Source of the DNA: Octopus vulgaris
Lineage: Eukaryota
Reading direction: 5' to 3'
DNA: 64,000 nucleotides
Assembly: GCA_951406725.2 (NCBI GenBank)
Contig: OX597817.1
Span: 132,928,001 to 132,992,000, forward strand
Part shown: piece after piece, positions 25,663 through 38,381 of the stretch
Position numbering within the stretch: position 1 is the stretch's first letter
How the letters are laid out: each line of letters begins with the position of its first letter
Position numbers and translations under genes: made by a program
The notes under the pieces: model-generated
What the model saw: the letters and a program-made list of their open reading frames with translations, nothing else
Databases searched by the model: none
Told to the model about the DNA's origin: nothing

Positions 25663-26749
25663 CATACAAACATGTACATCTATAGACACACATATACATA
25701 TGTGTTTGAGTGTGTGTGTGTGTGTGTATGTGTTTGTACGCCCGTGCATGTGCGTGCTGGCGCGTGCATGTGCGTGTAGTGTTGTGAGTGTATAAAGCCA
25801 TGTGTTTATGTAACGGCAGTCTGTTAGAGCGAGCTGCAGGGCACGGTCGGTGCAGTGAGGCTTTAACCCGGCCAACATGCAAGCAAGGAGCCTCCTGCAT
25901 GATGGAGTCAACAGCAAAGACAAGCAATCTACTCAAGTTAATATCACATAATGTATTGTTTTTGACACCAGTTGTCCCGTGTTGGTCAAGGTTGGCGTGT
26001 CACGCTAACAATTATCATTACATCTGAACATTTCCCATTATCATCGACTTTTGTCCGGGATTTCAATATTACCATATCATTTCAACATAACCAGTGTATC
26101 ATTGTTACTGCTGCTGCTGCCGCTGTTGTTGTTGTTGTTGTTATTATTATTATTATTATTATTATTTAAAAGAATTTTCTCTTTCTTTTTGCTTTTGTTT
26201 CCTCACACCCCACCCAGCCTCCTTTTTCATTTGGATATTGAAATCGTAGATTCAATTCCAAAACGTACAGTCCCTGCGGAAGCGTAGAATATTATATTCA
26301 TATAGATAATCTGATGAATAAGAACATGAAAATATATATACCAGAAGTCATTTAACACGCACTCACGCGCACCATACATGCATGCACACGTAATACATAT
26401 GTGCATGTGTGTGTGTCTATATTATACATGTAATATATGTGCATATACTCGTTCATTTATTGTGCATATGTGTGTATGTGTGCGTTTGTAACATATATAT
26501 ATATATATATATATGTATATAACGAGGCAGATAGACACATTTATAGATAGACAAACGCACGCGCACACACATGACTTTTATGAGAAGTTGTCTTTGACTT
26601 CGAAGTTATTACTTGCTCGCCTTCATCAGAGTGTAATCTACTTAAATGAACATCGAGTAATTAATCAGTTTAATGATAAATTGTTCTCAGCTATTACTTG
26701 CGTAGAGCCAAACTTGAATATATAAAAATGCGCACACGCATGATTTAAA

Positions 26750-26880
26750 ATTGAATAGAAAAAGACTGAGGCAGGGGAAGAAACATCAAACAGGGTGTAT
26801 TAGTTTGACACTTAGGAAAAACGGAGGAGTGTTTGACGTTTCGAGCCTACGCTCTTCTACAGAAAGGAATGATAGAAAAG
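26750..26880 (-). mobile_element. PLE-type terminal-repeat fragment with HHR-like motif (26832-26865)
   Basis: UUU-CUGUAGA-A-GAGC(GUAG)GCUC-GAAAC-GUC-AAA; related copies at 14317-14437 and 55750-55858. Confidence 0.65.
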
Positions 26881-27029
26881 AGATGGAAAGAGGGGGGGGG
26901 AATGGTAAGTAAAAAAACCTGTCTTGATTAACGGTTGCGCAGAGGAAAGGAATCGCATTTATTCTAGCGTTTACGACTGGGAAACATAGACGACAACAAC
27001 AACGGTTATTTCATATCAATTATTTTCCC

Positions 27030-27430
27030 TTCCCTTATCTTTCCTTGACAGCATTCGCTCGTTACAAGGTCCTTAGACCAGTGCTGCTAGAATAAAATAG
27101 ACACTAGACAGAAGTGAATAGGTAACGATGTACATTAGACTTAAAGGACTGGAGGAGGTCATATTGAAGAGGGGAAACAAGACTGTGGATGGGAATTCCA
27201 AAGTTTAGAGTTGCGAGGGAAGAAACTGGTACTGTAAAGTGCTTTGCTACACTTAGGAGGTTGCACAGTATATTGATGGGAACTGGATTCAAGTCTAGTT
27301 GATCGCTGGTAAGTTCTTAAAGGAGGAACCAGAGAAAATAGCTCAGCTGAAGAATGTCCATGGAAATACTTATAGAAAAGAGACAAGGAAGCCAGACGAT
27401 GGCGATGAGAGAGTGAATCCAATTTAAAAG
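27030..27430 (-). pseudogene. 3' end of a CR1/Jockey-group LINE ORF2
   Basis: SLSHRHRLASLSLFYKYFHG..RSTR..SFFPRNSKLWNS..FP..YDL..FKSNV, the typical C-terminal signature of this group. Confidence 0.8.
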
Positions 27431-27723
27431 ATTAATCAAGACCAATTATATGATATTGGTTTTATAATGGAAGACCCATAGCCACGTAGTCAGAAAGATG
27501 GTGTTCAAATAAATACGAGTATTAATTACATGAATTCTCCTGTATAAAGGTGAGAACGTACATTTAATAATGATTAAATTTAATAGATTCATCATTAAAT
27601 TAAAATAGTCATCTATGTATTGTCATACTGAATGTAACTCATCATTCACGGGCCAGATACTGCAATTGTCGTTAGAGATGATATCTCTTATGGGCGTGCT
27701 GGGTTAGAAATACGATGTATATA

Positions 27724-28999
27724 TCAGGTTATCTCATAACTTCTGTCCGAATTTTGAATAAAGTAAACAAGTGATCAAATGTTATATTTAATTGAAATTT
27801 AATCACCAATCTATTTTCCCTGATTATCTTTGACTTCCTTCCATCTATTTACAAGTTTTTAATACCATCAATGTAAAACTCTTTTGGTTTCAAAGCGAAG
27901 AACTCTCAAATGTCAGGTTCGATCTCCTCTTGGCTTGCGAAAGTTATGTCCTCCAAAATAATTCTGTAAACTACGAAAGAAATGGTAGTCTGAAAGAGCA
28001 AGGTGGGGAGAATAAAATGGATGAGGAATTCTTTCCCAACCAAGCTCTTCGATCTTCTGTGATGTGATCTTTGCAGTGTGGGGTCACGCATTGTCCTGAT
28101 GAAACATCACTCCTTTTCGATTCACTAAAGAGGTTTTTTTTCCTTCAAAGCTTGGTTCAAACGCTCCAATTGCTGACAGTAGACTTGAGCATTGATTGTT
28201 GCATTAGGTGATAACAATTCAAAGTGAATTACTCCTTTGCAATCCCACCAGATAGAGAGTAGATCCTTTTTTACATGAAGTTCCCTTACTGGTTGTGGTT
28301 GAACTTTTTCCCTTTCACCAAGCCACTGTTTACATTTTGATAGAAGATCCATTTTTCGTCACCAGTCACAAATCTATCCAAAAAGAGTGAAATGAGTTCA
28401 CGAGAATGGAGAGAAGAGCAGATGTCAACTCAGGATTTGTTGTTGCTTTCGGACAATTCATGAGGCACCCATTTTCCAAGTTTAGGAACCTTTTCAAGTT
28501 GTTGAAGATGACGATGAACAGTTGTATGGTTTGAACTAAGCTTTATTGCCAATTCTTCAGCTGACAATGCAGGATTTTCTTCAAGTAATGTCTGAAGGAG
28601 CTTGTCATCAAACTCAACTGGACGTCCTGTTCGATCTTCATCTTCAAAGCTGAAATCTCCACTTCTGAATTTTGCAAACCATCTTCTGCAAGTTCTTTCA
28701 TTCAAGCATTCTTTCTCATAAACTGAGTGAATATTTCGAGTCGCTTCGGCTGCAGAGTTTCCTTTTTTGTACTCACAAAGCATTATGTGGCTCAAATACT
28801 CTTTAGATATTTCCATGTTAGAAAGGGTTTTAACCAAAGAAATTTTTATTCTATTATTCTGTAAAATAACATTTAATTAGTTTATATGTGCACAAATGCA
28901 TAAAATAATTTTTAATTCCATTAGACCTTCTAAAATACTATTAAATTTCATTCAATTTTTAAAAAGGTAAAATCGGACAGAACTTATGGGATGACCTGA
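27724..28999 (-). mobile_element. Full-length (1276 bp) mariner DNA transposon, inactive
   Basis: TIRs TCAGGTTATCTCATAACTTCTGTCCGA and TCGGACAGAACTTATGGGATGACCTGA (3 mismatches); TA on the left flank. Confidence 0.93.
27799..28816 (-). pseudogene. Mariner DD34D-type transposase pseudogene
   Basis: HTH region (CRRWFAKFRSGDF), WVPHEL, VTGDEKW, FHQDNA, YSPHLALSDYH; in-frame stops and frameshifts. Confidence 0.92.
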
Positions 29000-29011
29000 G
29001 ATATATATTAT

Positions 29012-29064
<53 letters not shown>

Positions 29065-29077
<13 letters not shown>

Positions 29078-30018
29078 AAAAGAAAATAGAAACTACACGT
29101 GGCAATGTAAGGGGAAAGTAAGAAAAATAGACGAAAATGCACATTGTAAATCAAAAAGTAAAGGCTTTTTATGCAAAGTAACGAAAGATATATGCAATTA
29201 GATGAACTGAGGTAGGAATAAAACATTGATAGAAGGGGAAAATTTGGAAATTAGGATTAAGATTCCTAGCACACCTTTCTATGTGTTCACGAACCTGTAA
29301 CTGTCTGGATTGTGGGTGGCGGATTTGTTCTTTGTGGATAGTGGTTCTTCGACGGAGTAATGTTCCTGTTGGCCCAATACAGTTGTTACTACATTCTAAG
29401 CATGTCATAGCATAGAATAGATTTTCCGAGGCACAGATGAAATTTGATTTGATCTTAAATATTTCACCCTGTTTAAAGTGGAATTCTGAACCCTCCAAAA
29501 GGTGGGGGCATTTTACACAGTTAGGTTGACCACATTTTTTCCCTTTTGGCTCTGTTGTTAATGGATATAGTCTTGCTCTGGTTAATATTTTTTCAGTGAC
29601 TTCGGTTGCATTTGCTTCTGATAATTTTGTATGAGCTTAAAATTTTGTTCATTGTTTTATCTCCTGTGAGGATGGGAAGATTTTGAGTGATAATGTTGAA
29701 GGCTTCGTTGTTTCTAGGGTTATGTGTGGGAATGTACGGGAATATTTTTAAGTCTGGTTTAGTTTTTCGGCTGGCTTCCCTTATTGTTCGTATATCTATT
29801 TCCTTGGCTCGTTTAATGCCATCATTTATTAATGATATTGGGTAATGTCTTTTAATTAGTGTTGATCTAAGTTCCAGGAGTCTTTATTCACGAGAATAGG
29901 TCTCCGAAACTATGGTACAGATTCTTTTCGCTAGATTACAGGGTATATTAATTTTTATGTTTGGGGTGGCATGAGTTAAATAATAGGTACTGTTTAGAAT
30001 CTGTGGGTTTATAAAATA
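29065..30018 (-). mobile_element. Penelope-like element fragment: RT C-terminus, Cys linker and GIY-YIG endonuclease
   Basis: YKPTDSKQYLLFNSCHP, LAKRICTIVS, KRHYP, KCGQPNCVKCP, NLFYAMTCLECSNNCIGPTGTLLRRR..H (degenerate GIY-YIG). Confidence 0.9.
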
Positions 30019-30375
30019 TGGGCAAGTATCCTCTTCTGTAGCCTTGCACTGACCAAAACCTTGAGTGGATTTGATTGATGGAAACCGAAAGAAGCCCGTT
30101 GCACATATGTGTGTGTATGCGTGTGCGTGTGTTGGTGTGAGCGTGCCTGTATCTGTGTTTGTTCCCCGTTACAGCTCAAAATCCGGGTTTGGTTTGTTTA
30201 CATCCCGTAACTTAACGGTCCAGCAAAAGACACCTATATAATAAGTAACAGGCTCACAATAAATAAATAAATCTGTATATAAATAAATAAGTACAGGGCT
30301 CGATTCATTCGACTAAAAGTTCTTCAAGACGGTGCCCCAGCATGGCCGTAGTCTAATGTCTGCAACATAAAATTT
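30019..30375 (+). mobile_element. 5'-truncated SINE family A
   Basis: GGGCAAGT..GAAAGAAGCCCGT..GGTGCCCCAGCATGGCCG. Confidence 0.75.
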
Positions 30376-30394
30376 AAATGGGAAAAGACATATC

Positions 30395-30715
30395 GGCTTC
30401 CAGTATAGGTCCTTTTGAATCCCCCCCCCCAAAAAAAAGGTTACATTCACCTTTCTCGAGGAAGACTTTGTCTTGAATTCCTTCGTCACTGGCGATCCAG
30501 GATATTTCCACTCCATACTCTGTCTCTTGGATATTGTCTCATAATGATGGTTTCACGTTTCCTCTTCTGTGACTCAAAAATTCCTCGCCCTCATTGTTGT
30601 AGCGATCGAGTAAACGTTGGAAGACCTCAAGACGTTTGCGCTTGTACTCTACAGTAAGCTCTCTTGGCACCCATTTTGTACGGAATTTATAGAAGCCGAC
30701 TCTCCCTCGTTCATA
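30395..30715 (-). pseudogene. Mariner transposase fragment (second subfamily)
   Basis: WVPRELT..KRKRLEV..LLDRYNNEGEEFL and MEWKYPGSPVTKEFKT. Confidence 0.85.
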
Positions 30716-30734
30716 TATATATATATCGGAGGAC

Positions 30735-30992
30735 AAGTTTGCTTGTAGAACAGCAGCAGCCGCCCGTGCATGCCAATCTTCCGTCTTCATGCCACCGATG
30801 TTGACCAAAGTAATGGCAAAGGGTGATACAGCTTGGCACCAGTGAGGTTAAAACTCATTTCTACAGCTGAGTGAAATGGAGCAACGTGAAATAAAGTGTC
30901 TTGCTCAAGAATACCACACCAAGCCCAATCCGGGAATCGAACTCACAACCTCAGGATTGTAGGCCCGACGCTCTAACCATTGGCCCATGCGC
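30735..30992 (-). mobile_element. SINE family D
   Basis: GGAGCAACGTGAAATAAAGTGTCTTGCTCAAG and GGGAATCGAACTC; reverse complement of the 4132 copy. Confidence 0.82.
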
Positions 30993-31403
30993 ATATCTGA
31001 ACACACACACACAGACACACACACACACACACACGCACGCATGCATACATGAGTGTGCGTGTGTGTGTATACACCATTGACAAGGAAGATACGGTGGTTT
31101 TCATTTGGGATGATTTTTCGTCTCCCTCCAATATATATTGTGTTTTAGCTCATATACGCTGGAGATTATCTCTGGGGCGAAATCTGAAGTAACTTGCCCG
31201 TCAAGCTTGCATATCCACGATGTACATACATTAGCTATGATATACAGATGGCTATTGTAAATCCACATTTCATAACTTTATAACACATCTTAAATAATTA
31301 AACTTGTTTTATAATTCTATCATAATTTTACACAAACCGTGATATCATAGTGTATAATCTTGGAAGGAGTGACAGTGACTTCTCAGACATCTATTATCTA
31401 AAT

Positions 31404-31664
31404 CAGTAGTTCCCAAACGTTTTCAGGCTGCCAGCCCCTTGGGACCCAAGTCACATTCCTAGCGCCTCCTCTCCCTCTCCATTACAAGTATAGAGCATTT
31501 CTGCAGCAAATTCAAAGCAACTGCATTTCGCAATTAAAACTTAAGCCTAATTAACTTAATAGTTTTTTCTTATGTCTATGATCCCATTTTGGCCACCCCA
31601 TTATAATCCCACTTTCTCTTCAACCACACTGAAGAGGACAGTACGGCCCACTTTGGGAACCACG
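31404..31664. mobile_element. hAT-like MITE
   Basis: TIR-like ends CAGTAGTTCCCAAAC and TTTGGGAACCAC; right end abuts a SINE A head fragment, so no TSD is visible. Confidence 0.6.
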
Positions 31665-31734
31665 TATTGGGACTGAGCTCAGAGCCATGTTGTTGGGAAG
31701 CAAGCTTGTTACCACAAATCCACGTCTGAGCATA

Positions 31735-31812
<78 letters not shown>

Positions 31813-32604
31813 CTATCTATCTATCTATCTATCTATCTAACTATATATATCGCTTAGACTCTAAGCGATATCTAGCACTTTTCCTCCCGGTTATGCCACA
31901 GCAGAAAATAGCTTTTTTTATTTATTTCACCTTACAGTATCCTCGTATAACTCAGATTAATTTTAGAAAGATATCTAGAGTTCCAATCGAAATAACTGTG
32001 TCTGTGTGTATGTGTGCGTATTGTGTGTGTGTATTGTGTGTTTGTGTGTTAAGTATAACTATGTAATACGTATAGAGTTTGTATCTTGGTTGAACCGTTT
32101 GTCACTAATCAGAGAAGGAAGGTTGGGATGACAAGGAGGAGGACATATGTAGGAGAGAAAGAGGATGAGAGAAACAGGATTAATGAGTGGGAGAGAGATT
32201 AAGTGGAAGAGAGAGTGAGGGAGAGGAGAAAGAAGAGACACAGGAAGGGAGAGAATTATTGAGCGAAAGAGAGTGTAAGAGAGAATTTAGATATGGGTTG
32301 CCGAAGGGTTTTTTTATGTAGAGTAAAAGAGAAGTGAAAGAGACACGGAAAGAGAGAGAGAGGGGGGGGAGAGGCGAGTTGGCGAGGAAAAGGGAACACT
32401 AGTCACTCCTCATTGTTTCATACGCTCACACAAGCACACAATCTTACACAAACAGATGTGCATAAACAGTTATTGTTTATATATTATATATTAATGCAGC
32501 ACACACACACACACGCGCGACAGAAAAACCTTAGTTGGTAACACACCAATTCCATGCAGAATACCAAGAAGCGTGATACAGAGAGTATAATTAATTGTTG
32601 GTTT

Positions 32605-33112
32605 TTTTTTTTTTGTTTGTTCCTTCTCGAGCCACGCCTGCCTCATAAGAGAAGTGGATGGGACGCTGGTCCGTCGCAGGTGAGCTACAAAGTGCAGGAG
32701 GAAAGAGTGAGAGATAGTTGTGGTGAAAGAGTCAGCAGAAGTTCGCCATTACCTTCTGCTGGAACTACGTAGAGCTTAGGTGTTTCACTCATAAACACAC
32801 ACATTGACCGGTCTGAGATTCGAACCCGCGATCCCTCGACTGCGAAACCGCTGCTCCTACCACTAGGCCATGTGCCTCTACAAATGTTCCTTCTTGACCC
32901 ACGCCTGGCTCATATGACCGGTTTCCTGGTTTCCTTGGCGTATAGGTTCCCCACCTGGATGGGACGCTGGTCCGACGCACGATTACTCATTTTTGCCAGC
33001 TTAGTGGACTCGAGCAATCAAGAACACAACGCATTACCCGGTCCAGGAATCGAAACCACAACCTTACAATCATGAGTTCAACACCCTAATCACTAAGCCG
33101 CGTACCTCCACG
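32605..33112 (-). mobile_element. Two tandem SINEs (C-type and D-type heads) sharing one tail
   Basis: Heads at about 32878 and 33110; both end in TGGATGGGACGCTGGTCCG and CCACGCCTG.CTCATA. Confidence 0.75.
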
Positions 33113-33513
33113 AGTATAATTAATAGTGAAATATAAACGAAAAGTCAACACAGATGTAACACATACGAAATAAAACAGGAATATAACAAGTGGTTCAACG
33201 TGAAAGAATTTTATATTTGGCGATGATTATTTTTTTTTTTTGTGTTCCAACCTTATTCCTATGTTCCTTTGTTGCTTACTAGTAAACGTAACAAGGAAAC
33301 GGTTTTATTAACATTTCATTCAGAAGGTATTGAAATATTAAAGGATTTAGGAATGTTATTGTTTCAAATTAAACGTGAAGGACTATAAAGGAACGTGAAA
33401 TATATTTAATAAAATGTATAAAGCTGAACACAGTCGTGCGTCAAGTTAATATGTTTAAAAGAAAAATTGTCCATAATATATACATGAATACATGTATGTA
33501 TAAATATAAGTAC

Positions 33514-33550
<37 letters not shown>

Positions 33551-33893
33551 ATATATATATATATATCTCATGACATATACTCATGAATTACGACTGTATA
33601 TTAACTTTGCATGATTGTCTGTGTATGTGTGTGTATGTATACACATGTATGTGTGTGTGAGAGAGAGAGAGAGAGGTTGTGCGTGTACGTGACGAACTGT
33701 TAGATTAAGCGAAGATAGGATTTCTTATATCTGTTAATAAGAAAAACGATATTCATATTGGTTTTGGGAAACGTAATAAAACTTAACAAGCAAAATTGCA
33801 TATATAAGTAAGAATCACACAAACCCACAAACGTGCGTGTGTTCACATACACACACACACACAGCCCCATGTACGATGTATGTATATTCATAT

Positions 33894-33947
<54 letters not shown>

Positions 33948-33955
33948 ATTCATAT

Positions 33956-34002
<47 letters not shown>

Positions 34003-34124
34003 TATATATGTATACATATATATCTACATCTACATAGATCTACATCTTGTATTCATATATCTACATCTATCTATCTGTCTATATCTAAATATTTGTGTGT
34101 GTGTGTGTATGTGTGTGTGTGTGT

Positions 34125-34177
<53 letters not shown>

Positions 34178-34434
34178 CGTGCGTGCGTGTGCGTAGATGC
34201 CTGTGAATGTATTAGCAGCGAGATAAATTAATAAAATTAATGTATGGAACCTTTGACAAGAGGCAATAAGACAGAGGCTGATTGACTTACTCGACTGCTA
34301 GCGTCACGCTCGCTGATTCAAGCTTTTTATACAATGATTGCCTCGAGCGGCGAAAGAAGAATATGTATTTTGTATCCCATACATATACGCTTGCACAGTC
34401 TGCAATATAGATCTCGTATATATATATATATATG

Positions 34435-34494
<60 letters not shown>

Positions 34495-34803
34495 ATAGCA
34501 TTGTCTGCAATATATATCACGTCAGCTTACGTATGCACATCCATATATATCCTGCCTTCGTTTTCAATACGAAAATTTTACACACATACATACAAGTATG
34601 TGTGTATACACACGCGCGCGCGTGCGCAGAAATGAGAGAAATGAACCTAAAGAAATGATTTCATAACAATCGTGTGAACTTATATTGAAGAAACGATTAT
34701 AAAAAAAAAAGCAGAAACAAATCCTGTAGGTTATTGCGTGTTTTACAAACAATGTGATTATAGATATGTGTTTGGAAGAATTTCAATAAATTTCGTTCAA
34801 TTG

Positions 34804-34855
<52 letters not shown>

Positions 34856-35108
34856 GTACGCATATATATTATTGAAAAGGTTAAAATGTTTCATAAGAGC
34901 AAAATTATATTAAAATAAAATGATTTGGGAAACTTTGTTATGGATAAACAAAGACAGTGTTTAGATTTTTTATGTATTTTTTAAAAGCAAAATATGCTAC
35001 CAGCTTCAATCGCTAAAAGAGATGTTGTAGTCATGCTGAACTAAATGCAAAAGTAAATCGAAATAGATTAATTTAATATATATATATATATATGTATATA
35101 GATCAGTA

Positions 35109-35162
<54 letters not shown>

Positions 35163-35390
35163 TGTGTCTGTGTCTCTGTGTGTGTGTCTGTGTGTCTTTG
35201 TGTGTATGCATGTATGTATAAATATATATTAATATAAGAAAATGGAGGGAAAATATTATGGAGACTTATTCTATTTGTATCACAATAAAAACATATCAAA
35301 TAATTTAATAAAATAAGATTTAAAGGAACGTAAAATAACGTAAAATAAGCATAAAGTGGGCCTACACATGTTTCAATCTGGTTACTAGGT

Positions 35391-35604
35391 GAGGCGGCGA
35401 GCTGTCAGAAGCGTTAGCACTCCAGGCGAAATGCTTTACAGTATTTCGTCTGTCTTTACGTTCTGAATTCAGATTCCGTCGAGACTGACTTTGCCTTTCA
35501 TCCAGTAGGGGTCGATAAATTAAGTGCCAGTTGCGTACTGGGGTCGATCTAACCGACTAACCCTCTCCACAAAAGTTTCGAGCCTTGTGCCTAGAGCAGA
35601 AAAT
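35391..35604 (+). mobile_element. SINE family B with 16-bp TSD
   Basis: TSD AATCTGGTTACTAGGT and AATCTGCTCACTAGGT (2 mismatches). Confidence 0.88.
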
Positions 35605-35818
35605 AATCTGCTCACTAGGTAAATAGTGCTTCGGATCGGCTAGATTCGAACCATGTTAAGAGGTGTAGATGTAAAAAGACCCTAATTTGACCAAATATCT
35701 TTAAGGTTGCCTATTGAAAAAGGCCAAAGCTTACATTTTTTCGGAGGAATTCAAATTGGTAGTAAAAACTTACTAAATAAGATAGTTGAGGACCACATAT
35801 TCGTATGTTAAGCATCGT

Positions 35819-36165
35819 AGAGGCGCAATGACCCAGTGACTAGGGCAGCGGAATCGTGGTCGTAGGATTGTGGTTTCGATTCCCAGAGCGGGTGATGTGT
35901 TTATTGAGCGAAAACACCTAAGGTTCTACGAGTCTCCGGCAGGAGTTGGTGGCAAACCCTGCTGTACACTTTAATCGCAACTTACTTTCTCTCACTCTTT
36001 CTTCCTGTTTCTATTGTACCTGTCACGCTGAATCTCCCCGGGAACTACGTTGAGGGTACGCGTGTCTGTGGAGTGCTCAGCCACTTGCAAGTTTATTTCA
36101 CGAGCAGGCTGTTCCGCTCATCGGATCAACTGGAACCCTCGTCGTCGTAACCGACGGAATGCCAC
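35819..36165 (+). mobile_element. SINE family C
   Basis: Colinear with 17809-18190. Confidence 0.85.
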
Positions 36166-36579
36166 ACATGTTAAACATCCAAGTAATGTAAACGTTTAGC
36201 TGACAGCCTTTTCCAATAGGCAGCCCGAAGGTATCTGGTGAAATTAGGTTATCTTTACACCTACACCTCTTAACATGGTTCGAATCCTACGGTTCTGAAG
36301 CATTGTTTACCTAGGGACCAGATTGAAACATGCTTACTTTATGTAATTTTATGTTCCTTCAAATTTTATTTGTATTAAATTATTTGATATGTTTTTATTG
36401 TGATAGAAATAAAATAAGTATCCATAATATTTTTTTCTCCGTTTTCTTATATTAATAAAAAATATAAATAAGACTGTTTATCCGTATATATTGAGAAAAC
36501 TCTCTCAATATATAAATGATAATACCAGTTAATTTCTGAATTTTATAATCCATAAGGAGACATCATATCTTCAAATTGA

Positions 36580-36628
<49 letters not shown>

Positions 36629-36770
36629 AAATGAGAAAATGGAGAAATATATCTAAATCAATCATCAACTATCAGATAATACCCAATCAATACTTTATTA
36701 AACCACTACACAATAGCAATGATATTATACATTAATATAGTACAAATATAACAAGACATAGAAATATATT

Positions 36771-36900
36771 TACATTGTAGCTGACAGCTGTTTCGGCCGT
36801 GAAGACAGGTATGTCTCATTTAACCTATTAGCCATATAAAGCAGGTATAAATGAGACATTAACAAGAATATCTCACGGCCTCTTCAGAGATTTTAATGCA
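36771..36900 (-). ncRNA. Type I hammerhead ribozyme motif with long stem II
   Basis: CUGAAGA (36887-36881), 8-bp GGCCGUGA/UCACGGCC, inner 12-bp AUGUCUCAUUUA/UAAAUGAGACAU, GAAAC-AGCU-GUC; stem I is CU/AG plus UGCAUU/AAUGUA. Confidence 0.8.
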
Positions 36901-37262
36901 AGTATGAGTACAAATCCTAAATAATTTACATATAAATATAAATATGTGTGCATACACACTCATATTCTTACATATATATATATATACACAATAATACAAT
37001 ATAAAATATAGATCAATATAGATCAATATACATCAACAAACACAATAATGTTCCATATTGAACTCCACAGCGCCTCAACCAACATCAAGAAGCTACAACA
37101 GACACACTCACACTCAAAGCAGGCATATATATTAAACAGTCCAATATATTAAAATGTGTCATTTCACAAAAAGTCAATAAAGTTAATATCACCACGACGG
37201 TACCATCAAATGCAAGTGGACATCCGCATATATACGCAATCAGTCGATACATATATATATAA

Positions 37263-37515
37263 CCAATGTAAGCACATAAATGTGAAACAAGGTGAGAAAG
37301 AATAGTACTTGAATACCGGAGGTAGAGTAATATGCTTTATTATTATTAAAGCTGATAAAACATCACAAAAACATCACAAAAAACTGCTACTCAGAGTTTC
37401 ACGTTCCCTTTGGTCGGACAGTTTAGATTCTAAATCTAAACTGTCCGACGAACGGGAATGTGGAATTCGGAGTAGCAGCTTTTTGCGATGTTTTTGCAGC
37501 TTTGATAATAATAAA

Positions 37516-37516
<1 letters not shown>
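37263..37516. mobile_element. Head-to-head inverted PLE-type terminal repeats with degenerate HHR-like motifs
   Basis: Arms 37335-37429 and 37433-37516 with a 3-nt loop; each arm reads AAACTGT-CCGAC(G/C)A..GGAA..GAAACTC.GAGTA-GCAG or a close variant. Confidence 0.75.
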
Positions 37517-37580
<64 letters not shown>

Positions 37581-37608
37581 AATATATATGCTTATATGTA
37601 TAAAATTT

Positions 37609-37678
<70 letters not shown>

Positions 37679-37926
37679 TGTGGGTGTGTTTGTGTTTTTG
37701 TGTGTGAGTGTGTGCGTGTGTGTGTATGTGTGAGTGTGTGCGTGTGTGTATATGTGTGTGTGTTGGAGGGATATATAAGTGTAGGTTTTGCTTTACATCT
37801 CGAATGCTAAAGCAATAGAGATAACTCTGCTTGAAACCGGACTCTTCCATTAAAGACTGTACATTGCCGAAGAGATTCTGTATGCATACGCTTATATTTA
37901 TGTATGTATGTATGTACATATATTTG

Positions 37927-37958
<32 letters not shown>

Positions 37959-37983
37959 TGTATGTATGTATGTATGTATGTAT

Positions 37984-38381
37984 TGTTCTTTTCTGTTCTT
38001 AATCATTTAGATTTTCTCTGAAGAAGGTGCTGGTTTCTAACAAAAATACAAAGCACCATCGTTGGAATATTAATAAGAAAAACAATGTCACATTTTAAAA
38101 TTGAGAAAACTTTTGCATACTTTTTTACTGTTCCGCTTGTAGACTTTATTTGTAATTGGCGAGTTTGTTGGTTGATTTCCTTTTTCTGATAATCCAAGCT
38201 TATCCAGATTGTCACTTAAATCCTTACTTTCAAAGCCAACTACACCAATTATTATTATTAGTAAGTGTGTGAATTTATAATCTGGATATAGAAGCAACGT
38301 CCATAGTTATTCTCTTCTCTTTGATTTTCAAAGAGATATTCATATCACCAGGACAGCTGACCTCTATAATAGTACATTCTT
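37984..38381 (-). pseudogene. 3' end (REL endonuclease region) of an R4/Dong-like non-LTR retrotransposon
   Basis: IIEVSCPGDMNISLKIKEKENNYG, LYPDYKF..IIIGVVG, LDKLG, KVCKSFLNF; flanked on both sides by (TATG)n; clade assignment from recall. Confidence 0.7.

Larger units (their letters stand above)
35228..36456. repeat. Inverted pair of PLE-type repeats with two nested SINEs
   Basis: 35228-35725 (minus the SINE at 35391-35604) is the reverse complement of 36205-36456, e.g. GATTCGAACCATGTTAAGAGGTGTAG and CTACACCTCTTAACATGGTTCGAATC. Confidence 0.85.
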
